From positions 2,144,001 to 2,208,000 of the forward strand of contig OY969814.1 in the NCBI GenBank assembly GCA_963703345.1: DNA of 64,000 nucleotides, written 5' to 3'. The first letter of the stretch is position 1, and every line of letters starts with the position of its first letter. Origin of the DNA: an uncultured Chloroflexia bacterium (lineage in GTDB: Bacteria > Chloroflexota > Dehalococcoidia > DSTF01 > JALHUB01). The translations under genes and the position numbers were made by a program. Positions 48,219-59,353 of this stretch are shown piece by piece. The notes below the pieces were generated by a model. That model did no database searches. It was not told where the DNA came from and saw only the letters and a program-made list of their open reading frames with translations.

Positions 48219-48899
48219 CTAGGTCGGGACCTTCGTCCGCCCCTTCGCGCGCTGCCACTGGTCGATCTTGGCGACGACGCCTGCCGGGTCATCGGCAAGC
48301 GACAGAAAGTCGAGATCTGCCGCGTCGATGTAGCCGCGCCCGAGGGTGTTCTGCCTCAGCCATTCCACAAGGCCTTCCCAGTAGTCCCTGCACATGAGGA
48401 AGACGGGGAAGGGGCGGATCTTCCGCGTGTGGATCAGAGTGATGGTCTCGAACAGCTCGTCGAGGGTGCCAAAGCCGCCGGGCATCAGCACGAAGGCGGT
48501 GGCGTACTTGACGAGCATGACCTTGCGCACGAAGAAGTGATGGAAGTCAATGGAGACGGTGTGGTACTGGTTCGAAGGCTGTTCCTTCGGCAGGGCGATG
48601 GTCAGGCCGACCGAGACGCCGCCGGCTTCGAAGGCGCCCTTGTTCGCCGCCTCCATGATGCCCGGGCCGCCGCCCGTGATGACGGCGTATCCCGCCTCCG
48701 CCAGCCGACGCCCCAGGTCTTCCGCCAGCGCGAACAGCGGATCGTTTCGCGGGATTCGCGCCGAGCCGTAGACGGTCACGGCGGGCGTGAGTCCCGCAAG
48801 CGTGTCGAACCCTTCGATGAACTCGCTCATGATGCGGAACATCCGCCAGGCTTCTTCCTTGCGGAGCTCGTTTATTATGTACTTGTCGCCCTGAGTCAT
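48219..48899 (-). CDS. LOG family nucleotide phosphoribohydrolase
   Basis: TVYGSAR, TGGGPGIMEAAN, FFVRKVML and PGGFGTLDE motifs. Confidence 0.9.
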   Translation of the reverse strand: MTQGDKYIINELRKEEAWRMFRIMSEFIEGFDTLAGLTPAVTVYGSARIPRNDPLFALAEDLGRRLAEAGYAVITGGGPGIMEAANKGAFEAGGVSVGLTIALPKEQPSNQYHTVSIDFHHFFVRKVMLVKYATAFVLMPGGFGTLDELFETITLIHTRKIRPFPVFLMCRDYWEGLVEWLRQNTLGRGYIDAADLDFLSLADDPAGVVAKIDQWQRAKGRTKVPT

Positions 48900-49137
48900 T
48901 TGCTTCTCCGGACGTATCATCGGCAGAGGCCGCGAATACAGTAGCACGGCGACGCGACATGAGCCAACGCCGGCCGCGCGAGGGGCTGAGACGGCTTCGC
49001 GGGCGGCCACGAGGTGCGGATGGAGACTGGTGCGACGTGGCCTGCCACTTGCCGACCACATGCTGAATGTCAGACAGGGCCGCAAAAACGTCAAGCGGGC
49101 GACGATGAGTCGGAGCGTCGCGCGTCGCGACATCGCT

Positions 49138-50256
<1,119 letters not shown>

Positions 50257-50361
50257 TTATGCGATGCGCTTTTATAGTGCATCGGGGCGCGCGAGAGGGT
50301 CAAGCGCGGAGCCGTCGATGCGACTCGCACGAGCAGGCGGTGCTATACTGAGAGCACTCCC

Positions 50362-51282
50362 TTGAACACACGAGCACTCGCCATATTAGTCGCGCTCGGC
50401 ATCGTCTGGGGCGCCTCTTTCCTGTTCATCAAGGTGATTGTGGAGGAAACGGCGCCGCTAACGCTCGTCGCCGGCCGGCTGACGCTGGGCGCGATCCCCT
50501 TGCTGGTGGTCATCGCGGTGCGGCGCCCGTCGATCGTCGAGCCGCGGACAGTCCTGCCCAAGGCGCTGGTGACCGCCGTCTTCGCGACCGCGCTGCCTTT
50601 CTTCCTCATCGCCAGCGGGGAGCAGCACATCGCCAGCGGCGTCGCGGCGATCCTGAACTCGACGATGCCGCTCTGGACCGCCGTGTTCACCGCGCTCTTC
50701 CTTCCTCACGAGCGCCTGGGGCGAAACGCGATGTGGGGGCTGGCCCTGGGCTTCGGCGGCGTGCTCGTCCTCAGCAGCCCCGACCTCCGGCACCTGACCG
50801 ACAGCAGCTTCCTGGGCCAGTTGGCGGTGCTGGCGGCGGCGCTGTCTTACGGGTCGGCGCTCGTCTTCGCGCGCGGGACGCTGGCGCGAGAGGACCCGGT
50901 GCTTGTGGCGACGCTACAGGTTGGGCTGGGCGCCATTCTGGTGTGGCCGCTTGTTTTCGCGGTGTCCGGCGGCGCCCCGAATCTCGACCTCAGCCTGAAG
51001 GCGTGGCTGGCCCTGCTGACTCTAGGCATGTTGGGGACGGGCATCGCCTACATCGCCTACTACTGGCTGATGGTGAACATCGGCGTGCTGGTGTCAGCGG
51101 TCACCTACTTCCCACCGGTAATCGGGCTCCTCCTCGGCTGGCTCGTCCTCAGCGAGTCGCTGGGCGTCAACGTCCTCGCCGGCGCGGCGCTGATCATCCT
51201 CGGCGTGGCGGTGCTTAGCGGCCGGCTGGAGGTGGCGCTGCGGGCCCTCGGCGGAAGCGAGCGACGGGCGACGGTGGACTGA
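50362..51282 (+). CDS. EamA/DMT family transporter
   Basis: WGASFLFIK, SGVAAILNSTMP and GWLVLSE motifs; about 10 TM helices. Confidence 0.88.
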   Translation: MNTRALAILVALGIVWGASFLFIKVIVEETAPLTLVAGRLTLGAIPLLVVIAVRRPSIVEPRTVLPKALVTAVFATALPFFLIASGEQHIASGVAAILNSTMPLWTAVFTALFLPHERLGRNAMWGLALGFGGVLVLSSPDLRHLTDSSFLGQLAVLAAALSYGSALVFARGTLAREDPVLVATLQVGLGAILVWPLVFAVSGGAPNLDLSLKAWLALLTLGMLGTGIAYIAYYWLMVNIGVLVSAVTYFPPVIGLLLGWLVLSESLGVNVLAGAALIILGVAVLSGRLEVALRALGGSERRATVD

Positions 51283-51361
51283 CCAAGGCGAACGTTGTAA
51301 TTCGTTGTGCCGCGCCGTAAGATGGGCGCTAACGGCCGGACTCGACTCAAGGAGGAGCAAA

Positions 51362-51946
51362 ATGGACGGTCATCAAGCAACCCTCTCGGTGGCGCCCCAA
51401 GCCGCGACGCGAAATCGTCTGACGGTCAGTTTCCGAATCATCCTGGCGATACCGCACATCCTGCTCGTCGGCGGGTACGGCCGCGACGGCGTCCTTGGGG
51501 CGGTCGCCTGGGTCGCAGCGGTCATCAACTGGTTCATAATCGTCTTCACCGGCAAGGCGAACAAGGACCTGATCGGGCTTGAGCAGTTCTACCTGCGCTG
51601 GCGGGCTCGCGTCCTACCGTATGAATCGCTGCTGAGGGACGAATACCCGCCGTTCGGCGATGGCGAGTACCCGGTGGAGGCGGATTTCCCGATGGTGCTG
51701 GAGGACAGGAACCGCTGGACAGTCGGCTTCCGAATCATCCTTCTCATCCCGCAGGTCATCGTCCTTGCTGTCGTAGAGATCGCCTGGCTGGTGACCGCGG
51801 TCATCGGCTGGTTCGCGACGCTGTTCAGCGGTCGCTACCCGGACGGGTTATGGGAGTTCGGCGAGGGCGTGATACGCTGGGTCCTGCGGGTCGAAAGCTA
51901 CGCGCTGCTGCTGCACGACGAATATCCGCCGTTCAGCCTGCAGTAG
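51362..51946 (+). CDS. DUF4389-type membrane protein
   Basis: Two repeats of NRxTVxFRIILxIP...LLxDEYPPF; AAGGAGGA SD. Confidence 0.8.
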   Translation: MDGHQATLSVAPQAATRNRLTVSFRIILAIPHILLVGGYGRDGVLGAVAWVAAVINWFIIVFTGKANKDLIGLEQFYLRWRARVLPYESLLRDEYPPFGDGEYPVEADFPMVLEDRNRWTVGFRIILLIPQVIVLAVVEIAWLVTAVIGWFATLFSGRYPDGLWEFGEGVIRWVLRVESYALLLHDEYPPFSLQ

Positions 51947-51954
51947 CGCGGGGA

Positions 51955-52200
51955 CTATTCGCGACCAAGCTTGCGGGCGAGCGCCTCGTTCGACGGCTCA
52001 GCGAGGAAGGAGCCGTCGGCGAAGATGAGGGTTGGGATCACTTCCATCCCCGCGTTCCGGCGCCGCACCACCGCCTTCTCCTCCGGGCGCTCGTCGAGAT
52101 CGATCCACTCGAATGGTATCTGCCGATCTTTGAGGAAACGAAGCGTGCGCCGACAATCGTGGCACCAGAGCGCGCCGTAGACCCTTATCGATTGCTCCAT
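51955..52200 (-). CDS. Glutaredoxin-like protein (mycoredoxin/NrdH-like)
   Basis: YGALWCHDC and IPTLIFADGSFLAEPS motifs; GGAGGAGG SD. Confidence 0.85.
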   Translation of the reverse strand: MEQSIRVYGALWCHDCRRTLRFLKDRQIPFEWIDLDERPEEKAVVRRRNAGMEVIPTLIFADGSFLAEPSNEALARKLGRE

Positions 52201-52284
52201 CTGCCTCCTCCCTGAATAGTGTACGCTGCCGTCGGCGCGCGCCTCAAGCGGGCGCGGCTGCGGGCGATGCTGTAGAATCGCGCC

Positions 52285-53583
52285 ATGAGGGCGCAAACGA
52301 GCGACAGGCGGCGGTTCTGGTCGGATATCCGCTTTCCGCCGCGCGACCAGCTCGGCCGCTACGTGCTGCTGAACGTCTACGGCGCGCCGCTCTCCGCCCT
52401 CTGGGCCGGCCTGAACACGATAGTCGCGCCCTACGCCGTCGAGAGGCTGGTGCCGGCCGGCGAGAAGAATACGTACCTTGGGTTGCTGCTTTTCTTCGGG
52501 CTGGGAGTCGCGGTCGTGACGCAGCCTTTCGCCGGGTCGCTGAGCGATGGCTACGGCTCGCGCTTCGGGCGGCGACGGCCCTTCATCCTCGGCTCGGCGG
52601 TCCTCGACGGCGTGTGCATCGTTCTCTTCGGGCTGGCGTTCAACTTCTGGTTTGCCTTCGTCGCCTACGCCCTCCTCCAGGTCGTCTCGAACTTCGGCCA
52701 GGCCGCATACCAGGCGCTGGTCCCTGACTTCGCTCCGCCGGCGGAAAGGGGCGTGGCGTCCGGCGCCAAGCAGGCGGTAGAGGTCGCTGGGACGGTCGTC
52801 GGGCTGGCGGTAGCCGGCGTCTTCACGACGATCGACGTCCCATGGGGCGCCTATGCCGGGCTGATCCTCCTGCTGCTGGTCGGAGCCTTCACGGTCTTCC
52901 GTCGCCTGCCGGAAGCGCCGAGCGTCGGGCGGCCGATCTTGGAGGGCATTCGGAGCGCCAACTATCGAGCCTTCTTCTACGACGCGCGGGCCAACGTCCG
53001 TTTCACGCGACTGCTGGCGGCGCGCTTCCTCTTCTTCCTCGGCTTCGTGTCAATACAGCGCTTCCTGCGCAACTTCCTCTCCGACGTCTTCCACCTGTCG
53101 AGCCCGGGCGCCTGGGCGGCGGGCATTCTCGTGCTGGCGACGGTCGTCGGGATCGTGGGAGCGCTGCTGGCGGGAAGCGCGGTCGACCGGCTGGGACGGC
53201 GGAAGGTGGCGCTATTCGCGGCGCTGGTCGCAGCCGTGTACCTGGTGCCCATCGGCGTCTTCCCGAACCTATGGCTGATGCTGGCGCTGGGGGCGATCCT
53301 CGGGCTGGCGGGAGGGGCTTACACGGCGGCGACGTGGGCCTTCCTGGCGGACGAGATGCCGCGCGGCGAAAGCGCCCGCTTCTACGGTATCGCCAACTAC
53401 GCGACGGCTGGCGCGGGCGCGCTGGGGGCCGGCATCTTCGGCGTGATGATCGACGTGCTGAACGGCTGGAAGTATATTGCGGGCTACCGGGCGCTCATCC
53501 TCATCGCCTCCGCGCTGCTCGTCCTCAGCCTGCCGCTCCTGCCGAAGGAGAGGCCGCTTCAAGACGCGGAGGCGAGCGGGTAG
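52285..53583 (+). CDS. MFS transporter
   Basis: GSLSDGYGSRFGRRRPF and YQALVPD motifs; about 12 TM helices. Confidence 0.88.
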   Translation: MRAQTSDRRRFWSDIRFPPRDQLGRYVLLNVYGAPLSALWAGLNTIVAPYAVERLVPAGEKNTYLGLLLFFGLGVAVVTQPFAGSLSDGYGSRFGRRRPFILGSAVLDGVCIVLFGLAFNFWFAFVAYALLQVVSNFGQAAYQALVPDFAPPAERGVASGAKQAVEVAGTVVGLAVAGVFTTIDVPWGAYAGLILLLLVGAFTVFRRLPEAPSVGRPILEGIRSANYRAFFYDARANVRFTRLLAARFLFFLGFVSIQRFLRNFLSDVFHLSSPGAWAAGILVLATVVGIVGALLAGSAVDRLGRRKVALFAALVAAVYLVPIGVFPNLWLMLALGAILGLAGGAYTAATWAFLADEMPRGESARFYGIANYATAGAGALGAGIFGVMIDVLNGWKYIAGYRALILIASALLVLSLPLLPKERPLQDAEASG

Positions 53584-53598
53584 GCCGGACGGAGCGCC

Positions 53599-54429
53599 TC
53601 AGGAGGAAGTCTTCACGTCTTTCTCGACGAGGGAGCGCTCGATGGCGGCGGCGTAGACGCCCCAGCACTCGCGCGGGAGCAACCTCCCTACCGCGATCAT
53701 CGATTCCTCACGCGCCCTGCGGTCCGCTTCCTCGCGCGACATCCCATGATCGAGCGACAGCCGGAACGGCTCGCCGATGCGGAGCACCAACGTCGACCCT
53801 TCCTCGAACACGGCCAGCGGGTAAAGAGAGTAGCCGTGGCGCGAGAGCGTCGCCAGGAAGAGGCCGTTCCCCGGCGGCGGCTCGATGAGGACGCCGGAGC
53901 CCGCCGCTTCCGGCGTGATGCCGACAGGCCCGCCTTTCAGCGCCAGGAGGACGCGTCGCAGCGATGAGGCGCGCCCCATCACCAGCTCCGGACGTCGCGG
54001 CAGGACGACGAAATCGTAGATGAGGCCGACGCGGGCAAATACCCAGCGGGTGAGAGAGACGGGTACGCTCATCGGCCCGATGCGCCGTCCATACCACTCG
54101 CTGGTGAGCAGCCAGCTCAGCTCTTTGCGGCCGGGCCGTCGTTCCGCGACGGCCGTGCTCACCGCCATAGCGGCGTGGTAGGTGTTCAGGCCGGAGCGGT
54201 TGAAATGGTTCATGACGATGACGAACGAGGAGTCTTTCGGCAACCGGTCGAAACCCTCGAAGCGGCGCGGATAAGGGCTGTTGGCCATCACGAGGGCCGA
54301 ATCGTGCGCGAAGGAGCGCCGCCGCCCAAAGAGGAGGTCGAGGGCGAAAGGCAGGAGCGGCGCCTTGGGGAAGGAATACTTGGGGCGCTCCGAAGTGCCT
54401 TCTTTACGGTCCATTACTGCTTCTACCAT
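53599..54429 (-). CDS. PlsC-like acyltransferase family protein
   Basis: FVIVMNHFNRSG and VGITPEA resemble the NHX4D and FPEG blocks; start at 54429 or 54414. Confidence 0.6.
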   Translation of the reverse strand: MVEAVMDRKEGTSERPKYSFPKAPLLPFALDLLFGRRRSFAHDSALVMANSPYPRRFEGFDRLPKDSSFVIVMNHFNRSGLNTYHAAMAVSTAVAERRPGRKELSWLLTSEWYGRRIGPMSVPVSLTRWVFARVGLIYDFVVLPRRPELVMGRASSLRRVLLALKGGPVGITPEAAGSGVLIEPPPGNGLFLATLSRHGYSLYPLAVFEEGSTLVLRIGEPFRLSLDHGMSREEADRRAREESMIAVGRLLPRECWGVYAAAIERSLVEKDVKTSS

Positions 54430-54692
54430 CCTCCACCTCGCGGCCGCCCATCTCACGAAAAAATTCCAGGCGGCCCGAGCGCCAACAAGACGCCGACCTG
54501 TTGCCGGGCCGGCGTTCGCATCGTCGCCCCCATCGCGCCGTAGCCACCATCCAGCCTAGCCGAGCTTCAGCGTGAGATCAACGAGCGCGGGAGGCGCCTT
54601 CGTTCGCCTCGTGGTATCATACGCAAGGAAAGAAAGGCCATCGTCCTCTCGCGGGCGGAAGCCCCGCCCGAGAGGTCCTTAGGAGAGGGACC

Positions 54693-55613
54693 ATGACCAG
54701 CCCAAGCAGACTGGAGAGTCTGCCCCAAGCCCTGCATCGTCGCTTCGAGCTCACCATATTCGACTGGGATGGCACCGCCGTGCCCGACCGCCGGACCCCC
54801 GTGCCCGAGCTGAACCGCGCCCTGGAAGCGCTCCTCCTCCGCGGGGTCTGGATAGCGCCGGTGACCGGCACGAAGGTCGAGAACCTGGAGAACCAGTCGC
54901 TTCTACTGCTCTCGCCCGAGGCGCGGTCGAAGAACCTCATCGTCTGCACGAACCGCGGCTCCGAAGTCTGGTCCTACGACGCGGCAGGCGTCCGCCGCCA
55001 GGTCTACGGCCGGGTCGCCACCGACGTCGAAGAGCAGCAACTGACCGCGGCCGCCGAAGAGCTCCACCGAGAGCTACGGGCGAGGGGGCTGGAGACGGAG
55101 ATAATCTACAAGCGATTGAACCGTCGGAAGGTGGACTTGATCCCCCTTCCCGAGTGGGCCGACCCGCCGAAGGCGAAGATAGGCAACCTCATCGCCGCCA
55201 CGCGCCAGCGGGTCCGCGCCGCAGGCTTCAGCGAGATCGGCGACGTGATACTCCTCGCCGCCGATCTCGCCCGCGCCGCCGGACTGTCGCAGCCGCGCAT
55301 CACCAGCGACGGCAAATACGTAGAGGTGGGCCTGACGGACAAGGGCGATTCGGTCGCCTGGCTGTTCGAGAACGTGGCGCGGGGAAACGGTATCGATGAC
55401 GAGGACGTGCTTATCGCCGGCGACGAGTTCGGAGACGTCGGCGGGTTTTCTGGCAGCGACGCGCGCATGCTTATTCCCGAGGCCCGGAACGCCGTCTTCA
55501 TCTCCGTCGGCCCGGAGCCGTCGGGCGTGCCCGCGCCGGTCATCAAGGTCGATGGCGGCCCTAGAACATTTGCGGAGATACTTCAGTGGCAGTCGACACT
55601 ACCAAAGAGCTGA
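54693..55613 (+). CDS. HAD-superfamily (class IIB-like) hydrolase
   Basis: FDWDGT motif I, VTG motif II, DKGDS and AGDEFG...SD motifs. Confidence 0.8.
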   Translation: MTSPSRLESLPQALHRRFELTIFDWDGTAVPDRRTPVPELNRALEALLLRGVWIAPVTGTKVENLENQSLLLLSPEARSKNLIVCTNRGSEVWSYDAAGVRRQVYGRVATDVEEQQLTAAAEELHRELRARGLETEIIYKRLNRRKVDLIPLPEWADPPKAKIGNLIAATRQRVRAAGFSEIGDVILLAADLARAAGLSQPRITSDGKYVEVGLTDKGDSVAWLFENVARGNGIDDEDVLIAGDEFGDVGGFSGSDARMLIPEARNAVFISVGPEPSGVPAPVIKVDGGPRTFAEILQWQSTLPKS

Positions 55614-57838
55614 TGGCGGGCGAAGAGGAGACCTGGGCGCTCGTCTCCGACGGATTCGATCCGCTCAACGAGCGAGGCGCTGAGGCCGTCTTCGCGGTCG
55701 CCAACGGCTTCTTCGGCATCCGCGCGGCGCTGGAAGAGGGGAATCCGGCGTCGAACCCGATGATCATCGTCGCCGGCACCTTCGTGCCCACCTCGGGGCC
55801 GGCGGGACAGACGCTGCTGACGCTCCCCGACCCTTCCACGCTGTTCGTCAGCGCTGAGATGATCAACTTCAGCATGTCCAGCGTGCGCACCAACTCCCAT
55901 TCTCGAAAGCTGGACATGCGCGAGGCCACGCTGCACCGCTCGTGGTCGTTCACCGATCGCCACGGCCGCTCCTGGCTGTGGCGCTCCCAGCGCCTCGCAT
56001 GTGCGGCGCAACCGGAGGTCTATCTCTACCGGCTCGTCCTGTCGCTGGAGAAGGGCGAACGGCCGGAGAGAATCGTCGTTGCTCTGCCGAACGCCGCAGA
56101 GAAGGCCCCCATGCGATGGCCCGGCCAAGAAGACACACCGCTGGCTCGAGAGCCCATGACTTGGACGAAGACGCGGCTCTTCGTGGGCGGAGAGCCGGCG
56201 CGGCTAGCGAACTCATCGATAGCGGCCGAGGTGAAGCCCGACCAACCGCTCGTGCTCGACCTGGTGAGCGAGATCGTCCCGAGGGATCGGCTTCTGGATC
56301 AGAGAGACGGCATTTCCTGGCGGAAGCTGGCGGACGAGCACAAACAGGTGTGGGAGGACCGCTGGTCGCTGGCCGACAGCAGGATCAAGGGGGACGATAG
56401 ACTCCAACAGTCGATAAGATTCGCCACCTACCATTTGCTCTCCTCCGCCACCGTTAACGACGGCCTCAGCTCCATCGGCCCCCGCGATCTGTCCGGCATC
56501 GCCTATCACGGGCACGTCTTTTGGGATACGGAGCTCTTCATCCTTCCCTTCCTGTCGCTCCTGTGGCCGGAAGCGGCTCGCTCCTGCCTGCTCTATCGCT
56601 ACCGCACGCTCGATGCCGCCCGCCGCCGGGCGAAGTCGTTCGGCTACCGCGGCGCAATGTACGCCTGGGAGTCAACGGACACCGGCGAGGACCGGACGCC
56701 CGACTTCGTCGCCCTTCCCGACGGCTCGGCGGTGCGCGTTCTGAACGGCGAGCAGGAGAACCACGTAACTTCCGCCGTCGCCTATGCCATCGTCCAGTAC
56801 TGGCGGGCGACCGGTGACGACGACTTCATGCGCGACTTCGGCGGCGAGGTCCTCTTCGAATGCGCCCGCTTCTGGCAAAGCCGCGTCTCGCCCTCGGACC
56901 ACCTGTATTCGATTCGACGCGTTATCGGCCCCGACGAGTATCACGAGGGCGTCGACAACAACGCCTACACGAACGCGATGGCCCGCTGGACGCTCCTGGA
57001 AGCGGAATCGTACGCGACGAAGCTGCGGGAGTCGGACCCCGAGGCGGCGGAGTCGCTGATGCGACGGCTTCGCATCAAAGCCAACGAGCCCCAGGAGTGG
57101 CGGCGCGTCGGCGAGCGGATCAAGCGCAGCACCTTCCTCAAGGACGAGTTGGTGGAGCAGTTCGACGGCTTCTTCAGCCTGCAGCCGGTCGACGTCGCCT
57201 CCTACCTCAGGGCGGGCGTGCCGCTGGACATCGCCGTCGGGCACGACGCCGTGCAGCGGATGCGCGCCGTCAAGCAGGCGGACGTCCTGATGGCGATACG
57301 CCTGCTGCCGGAGCTGTGGACCGAGGCAGCGGTGCGCAAGACCGTCGCCTACTATGAGCCGATCACCGCCCACACCAGCTCGCTCAGCCCGCCGATCCAT
57401 TCCCTCATCGCCGCCTGGATCCGTGACGACGCTCTCTGCCGCAAGTATCTGGACCAGTCGATCGGAATCGACATGGTGCCACCGTACAGAGGAGCTGCCG
57501 GCGGCGTGCGAATCGGCTCGCTGGGAGCGCTCCGGCAGGCGATAGCGTTCGGCCTGGCCGGGCTGAAATTCGACGCCGACAGCATCGGTTTCGATCCCTT
57601 CCTGCCCAGCGGCACCGACAATCTCGAGTACTCCTTCCTCTGGCAAAAGCGCCGCGTCGACGTCAGGATCGGCGCCAACTCGGTGATGGACGTGAAGATC
57701 GAAGGGACGCCGGCACGTGTGCGCGTGAACATGGAGGAGCGCGTCATTGAACCCGGCAACTGGCAGTCTTTCAGCTACGACCCCGCCGTCACCTTCTGGT
57801 CGGCCATCGGCAGAAAGGGAGACTCCGATGTTACTTGA
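55613..57838 (+). CDS. Glycoside hydrolase family 65 (alpha-glucoside phosphorylase)
   Basis: YHGHVFWDTE, GAMYAWES, GPDEYH, EQFDGF, KQADV and HTSSLS motifs; TGATG coupling. Confidence 0.9.
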   Translation: MAGEEETWALVSDGFDPLNERGAEAVFAVANGFFGIRAALEEGNPASNPMIIVAGTFVPTSGPAGQTLLTLPDPSTLFVSAEMINFSMSSVRTNSHSRKLDMREATLHRSWSFTDRHGRSWLWRSQRLACAAQPEVYLYRLVLSLEKGERPERIVVALPNAAEKAPMRWPGQEDTPLAREPMTWTKTRLFVGGEPARLANSSIAAEVKPDQPLVLDLVSEIVPRDRLLDQRDGISWRKLADEHKQVWEDRWSLADSRIKGDDRLQQSIRFATYHLLSSATVNDGLSSIGPRDLSGIAYHGHVFWDTELFILPFLSLLWPEAARSCLLYRYRTLDAARRRAKSFGYRGAMYAWESTDTGEDRTPDFVALPDGSAVRVLNGEQENHVTSAVAYAIVQYWRATGDDDFMRDFGGEVLFECARFWQSRVSPSDHLYSIRRVIGPDEYHEGVDNNAYTNAMARWTLLEAESYATKLRESDPEAAESLMRRLRIKANEPQEWRRVGERIKRSTFLKDELVEQFDGFFSLQPVDVASYLRAGVPLDIAVGHDAVQRMRAVKQADVLMAIRLLPELWTEAAVRKTVAYYEPITAHTSSLSPPIHSLIAAWIRDDALCRKYLDQSIGIDMVPPYRGAAGGVRIGSLGALRQAIAFGLAGLKFDADSIGFDPFLPSGTDNLEYSFLWQKRRVDVRIGANSVMDVKIEGTPARVRVNMEERVIEPGNWQSFSYDPAVTFWSAIGRKGDSDVT

Positions 57839-58748
57839 GACTGCGCCGCTGCTGGTCCCGCTGGACGGGTCCATGCCGGCAGAGAAAGCGCTGCGGGTAG
57901 CGGAGGCGATTGCTGAGTTACAGGAGAACGATATCCAGGTGCTCTACGTGTCGCCGCGGCCGCTGACCGCAGCGGAGACGGCGGCGCGCCTGAACCTCGG
58001 CGACGAGTGGCGGATGCAGATCACCCTAATCAACGCCGTCGGCGAGCCGGCTGAGACGATCCGGCGCATTGCCTGGGAGATTCACGCTGGGGCCATTCTG
58101 ATGTCCAGCCACGGCGAGGGCGGCAACCTGGAGGAGTCGGCAGGTCACGTCACTCTGCACGTCCTGCAAAATCCGCCCTGTCCGGTCTTCGTCCTGCGCT
58201 CCGCGCTCGATGCCGGCACGCAGGTACACCGTTTGCAGCACCTGCGTCGCATCCTCGTCCCGCTCGACGGCAACTTCGAGTCGACGCTGTCGGTGGAGGA
58301 AGCGTGCATGCTCGCATCGCGCTCCAATGCGCGGCTGCTGATGCTTCACATCGTCGACTCCAGTCCGGAGACGGCGCGGGCTCCCGCTTCGCCGGTCTTC
58401 CTCGATGATCCGCGCCACGAGCTCGAAGCGTGGCAGGACGAGTTCTTGCGCAGCAGCTTCGCTCTCGCCGGCATGCCGCGAAACGCCAACATGGTTGTCG
58501 CCCTGCGCGTCGGCGACCCCGGCGAGGAGATCGTTCGCTACGCCGCCGAGTCCGACTGCGACCTGCTCATCGCTTCGTGGAAGGGCCGTCTCTCTCCCGG
58601 ACGGGCGCGGGTCGTGCAGATGCTGCTTGAGCGGGCGACCTATCCGCTGCTCTTCGTCGTCAGCCGGGTTTCGAACGGCGAGACCGCCAACCACGCGCTG
58701 CCCCTCGTCGACGAGGTGCGTCAGTCGCGGGTAGATCGAATCGCTTAG
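57828..58748 (+). CDS. Tandem universal stress protein
   Basis: Two USP domains (LLVPLDGS and ILVPLDG), MSSHG and PCPVFV motifs. Confidence 0.85.
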   Translation: MLLETAPLLVPLDGSMPAEKALRVAEAIAELQENDIQVLYVSPRPLTAAETAARLNLGDEWRMQITLINAVGEPAETIRRIAWEIHAGAILMSSHGEGGNLEESAGHVTLHVLQNPPCPVFVLRSALDAGTQVHRLQHLRRILVPLDGNFESTLSVEEACMLASRSNARLLMLHIVDSSPETARAPASPVFLDDPRHELEAWQDEFLRSSFALAGMPRNANMVVALRVGDPGEEIVRYAAESDCDLLIASWKGRLSPGRARVVQMLLERATYPLLFVVSRVSNGETANHALPLVDEVRQSRVDRIA

Positions 58749-58762
58749 CAAGGAGGGACCCT

Positions 58763-59275
58763 ATGCTCAGTGACGACATGCAGCAGAGGCTGAACGCCCA
58801 GCTCAACGCCGAGCTGTACTCGGCTTACCTCTACCTCTCGATGAGCGCCTACTTCGAGTCGCTGGACCTCGACGGCTTCGCCAACTGGATGCGCGTGCAG
58901 TTCCAGGAAGAGCAGATGCACGGCCTCAAGATCTTCGACTTCATAAGCAGTCGCGGCGGCCGCGTCGTCCTGGCGCCGATTGACGGGCCGGCGACGGAGT
59001 GGCAATCGCCGGAGCACGCCTTCGCCGAGGTGTACCGACACGAGCAGAAGGTGACCGGGCTCATCAACGCCCTCGCCAGCGCCGCCGCCGCCGAGCCGGA
59101 CCACGCGACCGGCACGTTCCTGCAGTGGTTTGTCAACGAGCAGGTGGAGGAAGAGGAGTCGGCGAACCGGATCCTGCGCAACCTGAAGCTCATCGGCAGC
59201 GACGGCGCCGGTCTGCTTATGCTGGACCGCGAGCTGGCCCTACGGGTGTTCGTCCCACCGCCCGTCCAAGCCTGA
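58763..59275 (+). CDS. ftnA: Non-heme ferritin
   Basis: ELYSAYLYLSMS, EEQMH, HEQKVT and FLQWFVNEQVEEE motifs. Confidence 0.92.
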   Translation: MLSDDMQQRLNAQLNAELYSAYLYLSMSAYFESLDLDGFANWMRVQFQEEQMHGLKIFDFISSRGGRVVLAPIDGPATEWQSPEHAFAEVYRHEQKVTGLINALASAAAAEPDHATGTFLQWFVNEQVEEEESANRILRNLKLIGSDGAGLLMLDRELALRVFVPPPVQA

Positions 59276-59281
59276 AGACGG

Positions 59282-59308
59282 GCAGGTGGGCTGACACAGC
59301 ACCTGCTT
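59282..59308 (+). terminator. Possible terminator after ferritin
   Basis: GCAGGTG...CACCTGC stem followed by TT. Confidence 0.4.
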
Positions 59309-59353
59309 CGCCGCCCATCCGAGGAGCCGTCCATTCTCCTTTGAGCGCATGCC

